The position numbers and the translations under genes are program-made. This document shows, in pieces, positions 1 through 12,954 of a DNA stretch of 64,000 bases (position 1 is the stretch's first letter; each line of letters starts with the position of its first letter). The stretch is taken from the NCBI GenBank assembly GCA_964016885.1, contig OZ024753.1, positions 25,792,001 to 25,856,000 on the forward strand, written 5' to 3'. The notes under the pieces were generated by a model, which was not told the DNA's origin, did not search any database, and saw nothing but the letters and a program-made list of their open reading frames with translations. This stretch comes from Eledone cirrhosa (lineage: Eukaryota).

Positions 1-2010
1 CGCAGACATGTGCTATCCCGTCCAGGTCCATCCACGACAACCTCCACCTCATGCGATACATCATAGAGAGGGTTGGGAACGAACCCGGCTTTGGTGGGGC
101 CCTGATCAACTTGGATCAATCTAAGACGTTCGATAGGGTAGACCATGGTTACCTGGATGCGGTGCTAGCGGCGGCAGGCTTCGGACTCGTTTTCAGGGGC
201 TGGATCACTGCTATGCACAGCAGCCGCATCTGCTCTAGAGTCAAGGTGAACGGCTACCTCTCGGAGCCGTTCGAAATCGCGCGGTCCATCCGACAGGGTG
301 CCCTCTCTCCTCCCTTCTTATGTATTGACTCTCGAGCCACTACTGCGGATATTGGAGTTGTTGCAGGGTATCCCTTTGGAACCGGGATTGCGGAAAGCGG
401 TGTCGGCCTACGCCGATGACGTGACAGTAATGGTGTCGACGGCCTCCGAAATCGGGCGATCGGCACATTACTGGAGGAGTACGAAAGGTTTACAGGGGCT
501 AAGCTGAACCGGAAAAAGTCGATCGGTTTGTAACTCGGCACGTGGAGGGAGAAACCGATGCACTCCGATGGCGTCGTCGGACGCTGGACGGAGGGCCCGG
601 TGAAGTTGCTCGGGGCTGGTTCGGACCAGACCTCCAGGTGGAGAAGAACTGGCGTGAGGTTACGAACAGGGTGTTTGCACTGAACAAGAAGTGGGCAAGT
701 TGCAAACTATCCCTGAAAGGACGGGTGGAGGTGGCGAACACCTATATAGCGTCCGTCATCTACTACCGCCTGACCGCCGTGCCTTGCCCAAGGGAAACCC
801 TCGCCAAGATGGAGCGCGCAATCTTCCAATTCCTTTGGAAGAAGCGGGCTCCTTTGGTGAGGAGATCCATCTGCTGTCAACACCCTTCGAAAAGAAGGCT
901 GGGAATGCCGTGGTTAATGATGCGTAAACACCCATTAAGGCTACGACACCTCCACGCATTCCTCACCGGTCAACCGGTGTGGGCCCCGTTTGTGAGACGA
1001 ACCTTTCCCAGACTCGTCTCACTCACCGAGCTGCAATCCTGGGTCAAGCAAAGACCGAGAAAACTGGGCGCCTGGCACACTGAGTGTGCCCAGGCGCTCA
1101 CGGCCCTCTGGCAAGCGGACCCGGTTGTCAGTGGAGACTCCACCTCGACATTCTATAGATGGCTGATTAGCAGCAGATGCGACGACGCCCTCGGAGAAGC
1201 TCTAGACATGGAGGAAGACGAACTGGCCAGCCTGTTCGGTAGGACATTCAGCCTGGGACCTATGGACAACTCCCTGAAGTCCCTAGCCTGGCAGTGCTAC
1301 CGAGGGGCTTTACCAGTTCGAGGAAAGCTCTACAGACACGGGCGCCCGGATAGGCACCCCGCCAAAAAGATCTGTCCCAGATGCGTGTGCGACGAGGAAA
1401 CCGTTGCACACGCATTAGTACACTGCTCGGGCGTTGCCGATCTGTGGGGCTATGTCGAACGACTGCTGTCACGGGTGGGACCGATCCGGTTGACCACCGA
1501 AGCCATTGTAACGATTAAGCCGCCTCCCCTCTTCAAGAATGAAGGAGAGGTGGTGTTTCTGTACGTAATAGCCATGGTGAAAGAGGTTGTATGGTGGACG
1601 TGTCTGAAAGGGCTGAGGTCAGACACCTTTCTCTCTGGCCAACAACTGGTCCTTTTCTTCCGATATCATTTCGGAAGAAGGATCAGGATGGAGAGAAAGG
1701 TGCTCCACCCCAGCCAGTTTTATGAAAGGTGGGTGAAAGTGGCGAGAATTGCCCGTGTGAATGGGCCATCTATCTACATCAGCCTGTAGATGGAAAAGAT
1801 GAAGTAACGAGGGAGCCCCCTCTCTCTGTGCTCCTGAGGAGAAGGGTTGCACACTTTATTCGGGGGTGTGTGCGACCCCCCAAAACGCCTCCTCCCTATT
1901 GAGGACTTTATTGTTAATTTTATATTTATTTGTTTTCTTTATTCGCCTTTTTGTGTAAACTCCCCCTTGTATTTGTCCCCTTCTTTTGTGCCCCTGTGGC
2001 TAATAAAGAA
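1..2010 (+). mobile_element. L1/Tx1-clade non-LTR retrotransposon, 3' portion (frameshifted RT, C-terminal zinc finger, 3' UTR)
   Basis: Split frames give LINLDQSKTFDRVDH, SIRQG, YADD (408-420), LSLKGRV..N, LGMP and CPRC..DEETVAHALVHC. Stop at 1789; AATAAA at 2002-2007 followed by (AC)n. Begins upstream of the window. Confidence 0.9.
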
Positions 2011-2011
2011 A

Positions 2012-2411
<400 letters not shown>

Positions 2412-3169
2412 TATCTATCTGTTCTATACTATTAACGACCCCATCTTCTCCATCCCTATCTGATCTCTTCAGTGTAGATAAAACACAGTATAGAAATATG
2501 TGAATAACGTTATATTTTTATCTATATTTTCTTTAGCTAATGTGTTTATTTGTTCTATAACATAACGCCAACACACATTAGCATACCCAGCCAACGGATT
2601 TTATAATTTGCAATGTTTCTAGCAATGCATGAATAATATATATGTTTACACTTTCAAATATCAAGAGAGGTTATGTTAAAGAACTCCGGAAAATAAAAGT
2701 AAATAGTTAAACCACAAGAAAAAAGATGCCATGGTATCATAATGATCTGACATTTAATAGAGATAAATTAGAGGAAAAATCCACAAATGGTGACGGACAT
2801 AGAAACTCCGTGTTAGAGAGGAACTAAACACGAATCATACCAAGCTGGACTGAAAACTTTATATGCTAACTATGAAGAAGTGATGCTAGAGCTGCGAAAT
2901 GTTGCATGCATTAATGTTAACTTTTCTTATTAATAACTGCATTGTTTCTCTCCAGGGACTATGCTGAAAAATAAACCCCATTTGGTGATTCCATGAGAGT
3001 ATCTTGGTCAGCCTATGAACTTTTCAGCCGAGTCTCGTACTTTAGGAGTTATATATAAGCTACAACAGTGGACTTTACGATGATTGAAATATGATGGTAG
3101 TGGTGGAACTGGTTACTGTTACATATATCTAGTCTTGGACAGCAAACAGACACGGTTCTCAAGAACGCT

Positions 3170-3680
3170 GAAAGCCCAGTGTTTAAGGCCAAAGTAAAGT
3201 TCCGAGTTAAATGCAAAGCTAAGATCATATTCGTAAGTCGAATTAGCAAAATAAAAATCAGTAGGAGATTCTAGTTTTAATATAATTTGTCTGAAACCTG
3301 TCAGATCACTAAAAGACGGATTTATGGCCAAAGAAAAGTTCCAAGTTATTTGCAAAGCTAAGAACTTATTCGTAAGTCGAAATAGCAAAACAGAAAACTG
3401 TAAGAGAATGTAGTTTTAATGGGGTACATTGTAAGAAAATGTAGTTTTAATTGTATATATTGTTGAAGAATGTAAGGTTAATGAGGTATATTGTTGAAGA
3501 ATCTAGTTTTAATGGGACGTGTTGTTCAAGAATGTATTTTTAATGGGGCATTTTGTCGAATACTTTAGTTTTAATGGGATGCATTTTAGGATGCTTTAGT
3601 TTTAATGGGTTGCATTGTAGGATAATGTAGTTTTAATGGAGTATATTGTCTGAAATCTCAGGTCACTGAGAAACGATTAA
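3170..3680. repeat. ~138-bp local duplication followed by a diverged ~36-bp minisatellite (core tagttttaatggg)
   Basis: aaggccaaag..aagttcc..gtta..tgcaaagctaaga..attcgtaagtcgaa occurs at ~3185 and ~3325. tagttttaatgg recurs about 7 times in 3410-3640. Confidence 0.75.
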
Positions 3681-3775
3681 AGTTCATTGTAAGGGGATCA
3701 ATTAAGCTATTGGTGGTTCCAATCAAATCTCATCAGATTTTGTCCTCTTAGAGGTGTAGCTCAGCGAGTGTTATA

Positions 3776-3944
3776 TAGAGGGTCGGACGCTATGCTTTGA
3801 CGTATGGAGTTACGGCCCTTGCCATTCTGAGTTCAAATCCCGCCGAGGTTAACTTTGCCTTTCATCCTTACGGGGTCGATAAAATAAAGTACCAGTAATG
3901 CACTGGGATAATTGCTGGCCTTGTGCCAAAAGTAGAAACAGTTA
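3776..3944 (+). mobile_element. tRNA-derived SINE, 5'-truncated copy
   Basis: B box gagttcaaatccc, central gcctttcatccttacggggtcgataaaataaagtaccag (Meta-domain-like) and tail ttgtgccaaaagtagaaaca. Matches the other copies in the window. Confidence 0.88.
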
Positions 3945-4508
3945 TACCTTTTACATTCAATGGAACATTGATTCAACAATATTTTCTCAGGTTAATTTAC
4001 ATACATAGGAAAATGAGAGTCATGTCTTTGTTTTAAGTCTTTTACGTGAAAGATAGTATATTGGATCCTCCGTCGATGTCGACTACTACCATATACTTTG
4101 GTTCAATACTAATTTCTCAGGTTAATTTACACACATACGGAAATGAGAGTCATATCATAGTAAGAGTAAAAACTAAACAGTGGCCACACTGGTAGCGTTT
4201 GAAGTTTATAGGGGATCGGATCAATGTGAGATAATACTTAGTGAGCCGCTCTTCCCTCCTTGGTATTATTGATGTAGACATGAAGCAAACAATACAATAA
4301 TAACAAAGAAAACAATAGAAAATAAAATATTCCCCTTTGAGAATGGCGAGTAACATTTTATTTGTTTTCGAAAGTTTGCTGGAGAGTTTTCATAACTGTA
4401 AGGTTAATTATATTCCCCAGTTGTCTGTGACTGGTTCTGGAAACATTGCCTTTATTTTCGGCGGATTGCAGAATTTCTCGTAAGATATAGGCACTCATAA
4501 TAATACGG

Positions 4509-4547
<39 letters not shown>

Positions 4548-4994
4548 TGAATATATATAAATGTCTGTGTATATATATATGTATACATATGTATATATAT
4601 ACGTGTATGTATATATAAACACGCGCATACACACACATATATATATATGTGTGTATCTATCTGTGTATATATATATATTTATATATATATATATGTTCAA
4701 TTCTATTCCAAGACTTAACATTAATAGATTCTCTTAAGAACTGTAAGCAGTGGGGAAGTGGTAGGTGTGGGTGGGGATGCTGCATATTTATCAATGTTCA
4801 CCTTGCTAATAGATTCCTTATGTAACAATATATTGTAAAGAAAATTTATTGAATCATTTCTTTGATAAACTCTTGACAATGAACGTTATTCAGCAGAGAT
4901 GAAAGTAAACTTATCTGAACGGGATTCTGAGTTTGATTTCAAACCCGTCTTAAGGTTTCTCTCTCATGTATCATATTTAAATATTTCGGTTATG

Positions 4995-5890
4995 CAAGTA
5001 TGGTCAGGTTAGGCTCTTGTCTATTATTGATATCATGTACATCCTGCTTCATGATCGAGTGGTCGGTGACTAAACCGGCTCCCCCATTACACTCTGCTGT
5101 GGTCAGGCTCTGTCTATTACTGGTATCATGTAACCCAGTACAATCTACTTTATGTGTGGTCAGCAACTGATTCAGCTCCACTACTAGACCTTGGTGTAGT
5201 CAGGCTCTGTCTATTACTGGTATCATGTAACCAGGTACAACCTGCTTCATGGTCAAGTGGTCGGCGACTAATGAAATGCACTGTCTATGTCATTAACCCA
5301 TTCATTATCATATTTATAATGAAAAACACTGCCTAAGTGTTTCAATTAATGTTGGAAATAATCAAGAATTTTGGGGGATTCAATAAAACATGCAACTTTC
5401 TCCCTATTGAGTTGGTGTCTGGTACATTGTGTCAAATCAGGCTTCAGCTTGCTTCTGGTACCATACAGCCCAGTACCACCAGCTTCGTAGTCGACTGATC
5501 AGTGACTAAATCGGCTCCCCCACTAGACCCCGGTCAGGTCAGGATTCTGCTTACAACTGGCAGCATGTAACTCAGTACATTCTACTTCAGGGTCTAAACC
5601 GGCTTACCCACCAGACCAGGGTTTGGTGAGGACGGCAACTGGAACGGCAATGAAAACAGAAAAAAAAAACCAACATGAGCTGTTAAACGGGCAAATGAAT
5701 TCCTCAGAATCAACGGCTATCCGCTCCAACTATAGGTTAAATAACCTCATCAACCTGCAATTGGCCAGGTGTGGGGAGTACGGCTACACCCCTGACATGA
5801 CCAAAACCAAACAGAAAGTAGTAGAGGTCAACCATGGAGGGGTTCCTCCGACAGGAGTGAGAAAGCCCTGGATTGAATTGGATTGCGTAG
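4995..5890 (+). mobile_element. Diverged tandem copies of an RTE-like 5' UTR sequence
   Basis: Repeated block ctggtatcatgtaacccagtacaa..ggtcggtgactaaaccggctcccc (about 5 copies), homologous to 11030-11110. The RTE assignment is by resemblance only. Confidence 0.5.
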
Positions 5891-5934
5891 AATAAGATTG
5901 TATATGTAATTTTGAATTGTTTGTACCGAAACAG

Positions 5935-7135
5935 CAAACAGTCTCTATATAAACGCCTTGACACTTCCTGAATCAAGGTCGAACTACTAGTGTTAGTGTA
6001 AGTATCTAGTGTTAGTGTAAGTATCTGATTAAATAATTGTATCGAAGTCGAGCAACACTGCGTGGTATATTTTAACCGCATCATGGTACTATAGATTCAC
6101 AGAAGGATATTCACTATACAAGTGTTAAATGTATTGTAAATATGATTTTAAAAAACAAATCTGGTCTTGGTTGTCATGATATAGAATCCTTTATTCATCA
6201 TGTCTTTACTCCGAATCTCGGTATTATGTTTACATAGCATAAATCTCTTGATGGTAGAATGCCGTTGCTCATTCCTTATTACATCAATATTTCCTGAAAA
6301 GAAATCTAGATGAGAATGCTGGAAGTTGTATTTTTAACGACATCCGACAGCTCATTTCTTTCCATGTTTTAAGGAAGTTCTCAAGTATTCTATACTTATA
6401 GGGTTTATTATTACCAAAAAGGTTTTCGCATTATTATTGAAAAAAGAATCCTGCCCAACATTTAATTCAAATGTATTGATGGTTTATTAAAATTCACTAT
6501 CCTTTAGAAACCCCTGATTTACACACTCCACCCACATCCACATTTCTTCCTTTATTTAAATTTGTTGTAACCACGTTTTGGATTTGTTTTAGAAAGATAG
6601 TGAAATCTTCTTTACCATTGCTTTCACAAACATTTCACTTAAATCTAAGATCAACTAAAACAACATATCTGATACTTCACTTAAATCTAAGATCAACTAA
6701 AACAACATATCTGATACTTCACTTAAATCTAAGTTCAACTAAAACAACATATCTGACAATTCCCTTAAATCTAGGATCAACTAAAACAATATATCTGATA
6801 CTTCACTTAAATCTAAGATCAACTAAAACAACATATCAGATGCAGCTCCTTTCTGGGATGTACGGTAACCATAGTGACGAGTCACATTTAATATAGTGAT
6901 CTTTGGTAGTATAAAACTCTCCTAGACAAACGGATGAAATTCCTATATTGTCTAAATATTTCTTGCTTACATATTAGCAGATCAATAACCTATAGACCCC
7001 TACAGAACTTCCATTGGTCCTTGGGATCGTAAAATAGTCTCTATATAAACGCCTTGACACTTCCTGAATCAAGGTCGAACTACTAGTGTTAGTGTAAGTT
7101 TCTGATTAATAATTGTATCGAAGTCGAGCAACAAT
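5935..7135 (-). mobile_element. Highly decayed element bounded by ~100-bp direct repeats, possibly an old Penelope-like copy with tandem pLTR
   Basis: gtctctatataaacgccttgacacttcctgaatcaaggtcgaactactagtgttagtgtaagt..gaagtcgagcaaca at 5941-6057 and 7037-7132. The minus-strand interior has remnants resembling KKCG..VCK and ..LSRR. Confidence 0.4.
6630..6840. repeat. 42-bp minisatellite, 5 copies (catatctgatacttcacttaaatctaagatcaactaaaacaa)
   Basis: Directly visible; unrelated in sequence to the large 42-bp satellite. Confidence 0.95.
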
Positions 7136-7159
7136 GCTATATAATGGTAGTGTATATTA

Positions 7160-7302
7160 TATAGAATATGTTATATAGATTATTTTATATAAAGTATGTT
7201 ATATAGAGTATGTTATATAGAGTATGTTATATAGAGTATGTTATATAAAGTATGTTATATAGAGTATGTTATATAGAGTATGTTATATAAAGTATATTAT
7301 AT
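7160..7302. repeat. 14-bp minisatellite (tatgttatatagag)
   Basis: About 10 copies visible. Confidence 0.9.
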
Positions 7303-7439
7303 ACGTGGCTTTGGATTTGAGCCGTTCAAAAAAAGTGAAATACGTGTTATGCGAATAAATATATTTTAAACTGAAACTTCATTCGCCAATTATTTGATGT
7401 ACATACATACACACATACATACAGACACACACACACACG

Positions 7440-10400
7440 TATGTATGTATGTATGTATGTATGTATGTATGTATGTATGTATGTATGTTCTTCTGGTTTT
7501 ATAATTTCACAAAGTTTTACCAATAGAGAGAGAGTCGGTTTCTAACATAGACACAAGACTCTCTCATTGGAATTTACACAACATCAACTAGGTAGATATG
7601 TATGTATGAATGCATGTGTAGATATGGATGTTATTGTATGAGTGGATGTGTATGTTTTGACTTGTATGTGTGCATGTGTATATGCTTTGCATCTGTATAT
7701 GTGTATATGCAGTTATTAGATGCAAAATATTTGGAATGTCTTACATATTTTTACTGTTCCATTAATGGATTGTACTTGTAATTTCCTAACTAGTTGTGTT
7801 CTTTCTGTTCCTGTGAAGCCTAGCTTCTCAAGATTTGTATTGAGGCAGTTACTAACATATCCCAGTGCCCCAATAATCACAGGCATAAATCTGAAGGTGT
7901 AATCAGGGTGGAGTATCTGCAGATTTCTCATCAGTTTTGCATAAATGTTCTCCTTTTCACTAATCTTTGATATTATATTGGCATATGCTGGGCAGCTAAT
8001 TTCCACTACTGTGCATGTTTTCTTCTCCCTGTCCCATATCATAATATCTGATCTGTTATGCCTACATTTTATTCGGGTTTTTACTGGAACATTCCACCAG
8101 TACTCTTTCATATTATGTACATGGATGTCTTCCACATTGTTGTAGCTTTTAATGTGTTTATTATCGGGGCTATCTTTTTTACGAACTGCATTGTACAGTG
8201 TTTTGGCCACTATATCATGCCTCATAGTTAGATAGTACCGCGATGACATATTTGGACAGCTGCTGACGACATGGGCGATATACTCGCTGTTAGTTCTGCA
8301 GAGTCTGCACTTGTTATCACATCTAGGTGTTTTGCCTGCATCCCTATCTCTTTTGAGAATCAGGTATTTCGTGCTAATCTCCTGTTCCTGGATTGCAAAA
8401 GCGTATCCTTCAAAGTGGGAGCCAATATAGCGGTTGTTGGTCCAAGATAGACTACTTTTCTTATCTATATTTCTCTCACTCTGGAGCTTCCTGGCAACAT
8501 ATCCATGCATGATTTTTTGCTGATAGACATGCAGATTTTCATTCATGGATTCACTGCGATACTTCTGAGCGACATCCATGGGTGTGAGTTTTTGATTATC
8601 ACACAGGCAATATCTATCGAGGAGTTCCTTCCCAACTCTCATGAACTTATCTGTTTCATTCAGATAGACTTGCTCGAGAAACGGGCTCCTACGCTTCGAG
8701 GTTCGTAGATATTGTCGGAGAGATATGATGCGACATTCAAATGTTGTTTGGACTGATGTTAGGCCTCTGCCTCCCTGCTTACGTTTCAAGTAAAGGCGGT
8801 CTATGTCACTGTTGATGTTGAAGTTTCCGGTGTTGTTCAGTATTTTTCGAGTTCCAACATCAACTGCTCGGATTTCGTCTATCGTCCAATTGAGTATTCC
8901 AAACGTTGGTGTTAGGACAGGCACAGCAAACACATTGTGAGCCACTGTTTTGTTTTGTGCAGAGAGTGTAGTATTCTTTAGTTACGCGTTCTGTATTACA
9001 GATACCATTATAGGATATGTTCTCATCTATCCCCAGGTATCTGTAGCAGTCCTCATCAGATATCGGTGAAACAGTTAGGCCATTGATGACAATGTTGCTA
9101 GATTGGGTTGTTGTTTTTCCCCGCGTTACAGTCATGTATGAGCATTTATCTTGGCCAAACTCCATTCCTATCTCCTTTGAGAACGTTGTAACCAGGTCAA
9201 GATTTTTCTTCATCCCATCCATGTTCTTGGCATAGAGTTTCAGATCGTTCACAAAGAAATTATGAGTTAGGTTCGTATTTCTGTCCTCCTGTGAGCCGAT
9301 GATGTATGCCTCACATTTCTTGAGCAGAAAGGACAAGGGGTTTAATGACAAGATTAATAATATCACAGAGAGACTGTCCCCCTGAAATATACCCCTGCAA
9401 TATTTTATTTTATCAGTGAAAATAGAGTCCTCCCTCTCTGTCTTTAACCTTAGGATAATAGCCCAAGAAGAAGACAGCCTCTCTATAGCTCTGACAATAA
9501 TGTCTGGGACTTTAGCAAGTTGGAGGGCCTCTATCATCCAAGAGTGGGGAACAGAATCAAAAGCTTTCCCGTAGTCCAGCCAGACTGTAGTCATATTCTT
9601 CCTAAGTTGTCGCACCTCCGACATCGCAGATTTGTTGATTAGGAGTTGTTCAGCACATCCCCAAACCCCTTTCTTTCCAGCTCTTGTTCATCTGTGATGA
9701 TGTTATTATTTTCACAGTGATTTTGGAGGAATAGGTTCAAGCAGGCTGTATACATCTTATACATCAGGTTCTGGCATGCAACGGGTCGGTAGTTTTTTGC
9801 CAAGTTGGTGTCTTTGTTCTTGGGGACCAGTAATGTTTGTGCTAATGTCAACCATTCTGGTATATGTATATCTCCCTTAAGAACATGTTAGTAAAGGTCA
9901 GCAAGATACCTCCGATAGAATATCATTTTTTTGTACCAGTAGCCGACAAACATGTCTCTTCCTGGTGTTTTCTTATCTTGAAGTTTTTCTGTCACAGTCT
10001 CAAGGGTACCCTCACTTATTTCGTATGTTTTTGTTGTAGTGTAGGAGCAATAGTTCTTTCGGATTTCTCTTAGCCACACTGCATCTTGGTTGAAATTCTT
10101 CTTTTCACCCCATATTTTTCTCCAAAAGGAATCTATGTCTTTCTGGGATGGGGCCTCAGTGACACTTATTATTTTGCCCTTCATACCTCTATAGACTGAT
10201 GTTTGGTTTCGTCTGAATCATTTATTAAGCACATTTCTCTCATCTACCTTCTTCAGGTATCGGCGTTTTTCGCTAACAGCTCTCAATTCTTGTTTGAGGG
10301 TGATCAGCTTATATTGGAGAGTTCTGTTACCAAACATCCTCTCTATTTTATTTTTCACTCTTTGTTGGTGAGGAGTGAGGTTTTTTTGTGTTTGTTTGCA

Positions 10401-10640
10401 TGTAGGGAGCATTGTCACATATCCTATGTTTTTTCGTAGGTCAGCAATCTTTTTTCTATTTTAGTTATATATGATGGTATTTTTGGTGGTGTTTTGTTCT
10501 TGTTAATATCTCTGCTATCACCGAGATAATGCTTCACTGTCGTTGCTAAGGCATATAAACAGGTGTTGATTTGCCAAAATGTTGGGGTTTTTATCCGTCG
10601 TAAATATTCATCCCCTATTTCGTCAATAACACGTAATATT
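7440..10640 (-). mobile_element. R4/Dong-clade non-LTR retrotransposon (RT plus restriction-like endonuclease), 5'-truncated and inactivated
   Basis: Consecutive minus ORFs give FWRKIW, NYRPVACQN, WLDYGKAFDSVPH, GIFQGDSLS, FFVNDLKLY (DD to ND), YRYLGI, RLYLKRKQGGRGL, CRLC..HVVSSC, RHD and HNRSDI..VEISCP. The 3' UTR has a stem-loop at 7521-7573 and a (CATA)n tail. Confidence 0.92.
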
Positions 10641-10799
10641 TCATGTATGTATGTATGCATGTATGTATGCATGTATGCATGTATCTTGGTTAAGAGAGTG
10701 GGACTGGCTTTGTGCAGTGCCTTTGCTCACTATAAAAGCTTCACGGCACAGGCATTGCTTTATATCTAGAGATCTCTCTGCACTTGTCGTCACATGGTA

Positions 10800-11015
10800 C
10801 CATGGGCCCAGCACTATGTGTCAATAATTGTCACAAGTGTAGTGTTTGTACCAAAGTTTTCAAGTCGCTGGCTGGACTAAAAAGTCACACTCGATCAGCG
10901 CATCGGTAGGGGTTCTCCTACATGGATATAAAGTAGTGGCCGTACTCGAAAACGAGTTGGCAGCCACCATGTGTGTATGTATGATGTATGTATGTATGTA
11001 TGTATGTATGTATAT
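10800..11015 (+). mobile_element. 3' end of an RTE-clade LINE (C-terminal C2H2 finger, short UTR, (TATG)n tail)
   Basis: 10832-10909 reads HKCSVCTKVFKSLAGLKSHTRSAHR*, the GLxSH-type finger typical of RTE ORF ends, followed by a microsatellite tail. Confidence 0.7.
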
Positions 11016-11017
11016 AT

Positions 11018-11420
11018 GTCGGGTCATTCACGAGTGCTACTGGTAACATGTAACCCAGTACAACCTGTCACATGGTCGGGTCATCGGTGACTAAACCGCC
11101 CCCCCCCCAAGTTTACTTGGTGAGGAGGGTGATTTTGGACACCCTGCAGGACAAAAACAAAACCTGACAAAGGGCGGCAGAACTCATAAGAGTCAACGAC
11201 CATCCAAAAGTGTGTAAATATGTAAATACACATGTACATGTATGTGTATATACATGGGTACATGTGTATGTATATGCGCGGGAACATAGAAATAGTCGGG
11301 CTGGACACCCGATCGCGCGGTTAAACCACTGGGAATGAAGGACCCCTAGCCTTTGTCAAGGCATTCTTCTAGGAGAAGGCAACTCAAGAAACTGAGATAA
11401 CTACGATATAACACCTGTGG
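11018..11420 (+). mobile_element. RTE-like 5' UTR fragment or RTE-derived non-autonomous element
   Basis: aaacctgacaagggcggc and tctaggagaaggcaactc motifs resemble RTE 5' regions. Shares a block with 5000-5620. Confidence 0.5.
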
Positions 11421-11579
11421 CTCAGTATTTACTGATGATGTTGATCTTTTCTTCTTTTGGGGTTATAGCTACTGTCGCTCAGAGACTGGGATTGGCTCAG
11501 TGCACAGTCTTTCCTCACTTTAAAAATATTCTTCACGCACAGGCATTGCATGATAGAAATAACGAAGGGGCAGCCATCA

Positions 11580-11662
11580 TATGTATATATGAATGTGTGT
11601 ATGTATGTATGTATGTATGTATTTATATATATATCTATGTATGAATGTGTATATGTATGTGC

Positions 11663-11693
<31 letters not shown>

Positions 11694-12180
11694 TGTATGT
11701 ATGTATGTATGTATGTATGTATGTATGTGTGTATGTGTATGTATATATGTATATGTATGTATGTATGTGTGTGTATGTGTGTGTATGTATATGTATGTAT
11801 GTATATATGCATGTATGTATATATATGTATATATATGTATGTATGTGTATGTATGTACACGTATGTATGTATGTGAATGTAAGTATGTGTATGTATGCGT
11901 ATGTATGTGTATGTATGTATATGTGTGTATGTGTATGTGTGTATGTGTATGTGTGTATGTATATGTATGTACGTATATGTATGTATTTGTATGTATGTAT
12001 GTGTACGTATATGTATGTATATGTATGTATGCGTATGTATATGTATGTATGTATATGTATGTATATGTATGTAAGTGTATGTATGTATATGTATGTGTAT
12101 GTATGCATATGTATGTATATGTATGTATGTATATGCATGTATGTATATGTATGGATGTATATGTGTGTATACATATGTCA
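11580..12180. repeat. (TATG)n/(TGTA)n cryptic microsatellite
   Basis: Directly visible. Confidence 0.96.
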
Positions 12181-12399
12181 AACAATAGTAATAATGGAAT
12201 TATATTTTAAACAATAGAATGTCGACGTTTCATAAATCTTCTGTTGTGTGGCAAAAATATTTCTTATTTGTTGTTCTTTTTTGGAGGCGTCTTTGTTTTT
12301 TGGTAACTTCCTTCATGTTTAGAACTATTGAAGAAATAAGTTCGATCTCTCATTAGCTGGCATTGTTCGGTGTGGTTTCTTTCGAAGCAAGCTGTTCAA

Positions 12400-12720
12400 A
12401 TACCAAAAATGGACCTGGATAAAACAACATTGAAAGGAGATGGCAAATAATGCAGTTATTTCCTATATAATAATCCTTTGTTTCTTTCTATAAGATATTG
12501 ATCCAGTCTTTCAAGTGTCTTCAACAATCTGTACTAATATGATAGGAGTTGTGGTATGCATTCATATCAGAACTTCTGCAGTTCAACAGGAGCTCTCCAT
12601 TGTTACATAACAAACTATAGCAACATGACTTGCTGAATAACGAATTATGGTGCCTCTAATGAAAGCAGAGTTGACAGAACTATTTCATAAAAAGTAGCAC
12701 AAAATAATTTCAAAACATAG
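12400..12720 (+). pseudogene. Possible very old Tc1/mariner transposase remnant
   Basis: 12573-12640 reads TSAVQQELSIVT*QTIAT*LAE, resembling the Tc1 HTH (VSxxTIxRRLxE). Many stops and no TIR found. Confidence 0.3.
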
Positions 12721-12878
12721 TAGCTTGTGTTAGAAGAACCTGTGTAGGGGAAAAGTAGAAATTATATGCTTAAACTTTAATCTGTATTAACAAATAAATA
12801 TTTGCTCTACGGGCTTAGACATACTTATATATATATATATATATATATATATAATGTATAAAAATCAATACAATATAA

Positions 12879-12954
12879 TTACCTCATTACCAGAGGTTTC
12901 CCGAATGAGGCGAATACGAAATAAATGACTTCATTCGTTCGTCAGACGAGGCAA
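12879..12954 (-). ncRNA. Type I hammerhead ribozyme, PLE1 main copy
   Basis: Reverse complement of 17156-17231. Confidence 0.85.

Noticed and set aside
2700-2875. Coding exon (RKKMPWYHNDL)
   Set aside because: It has multiple stops and resembles a decayed L2/CR1 ORF2 linker; too weak to call.
10832-10909. Host C2H2 zinc-finger gene exon
   Set aside because: It is a single finger without a TGEKP linker, followed by a stop, short UTR and microsatellite tail, which fits an RTE 3' end.
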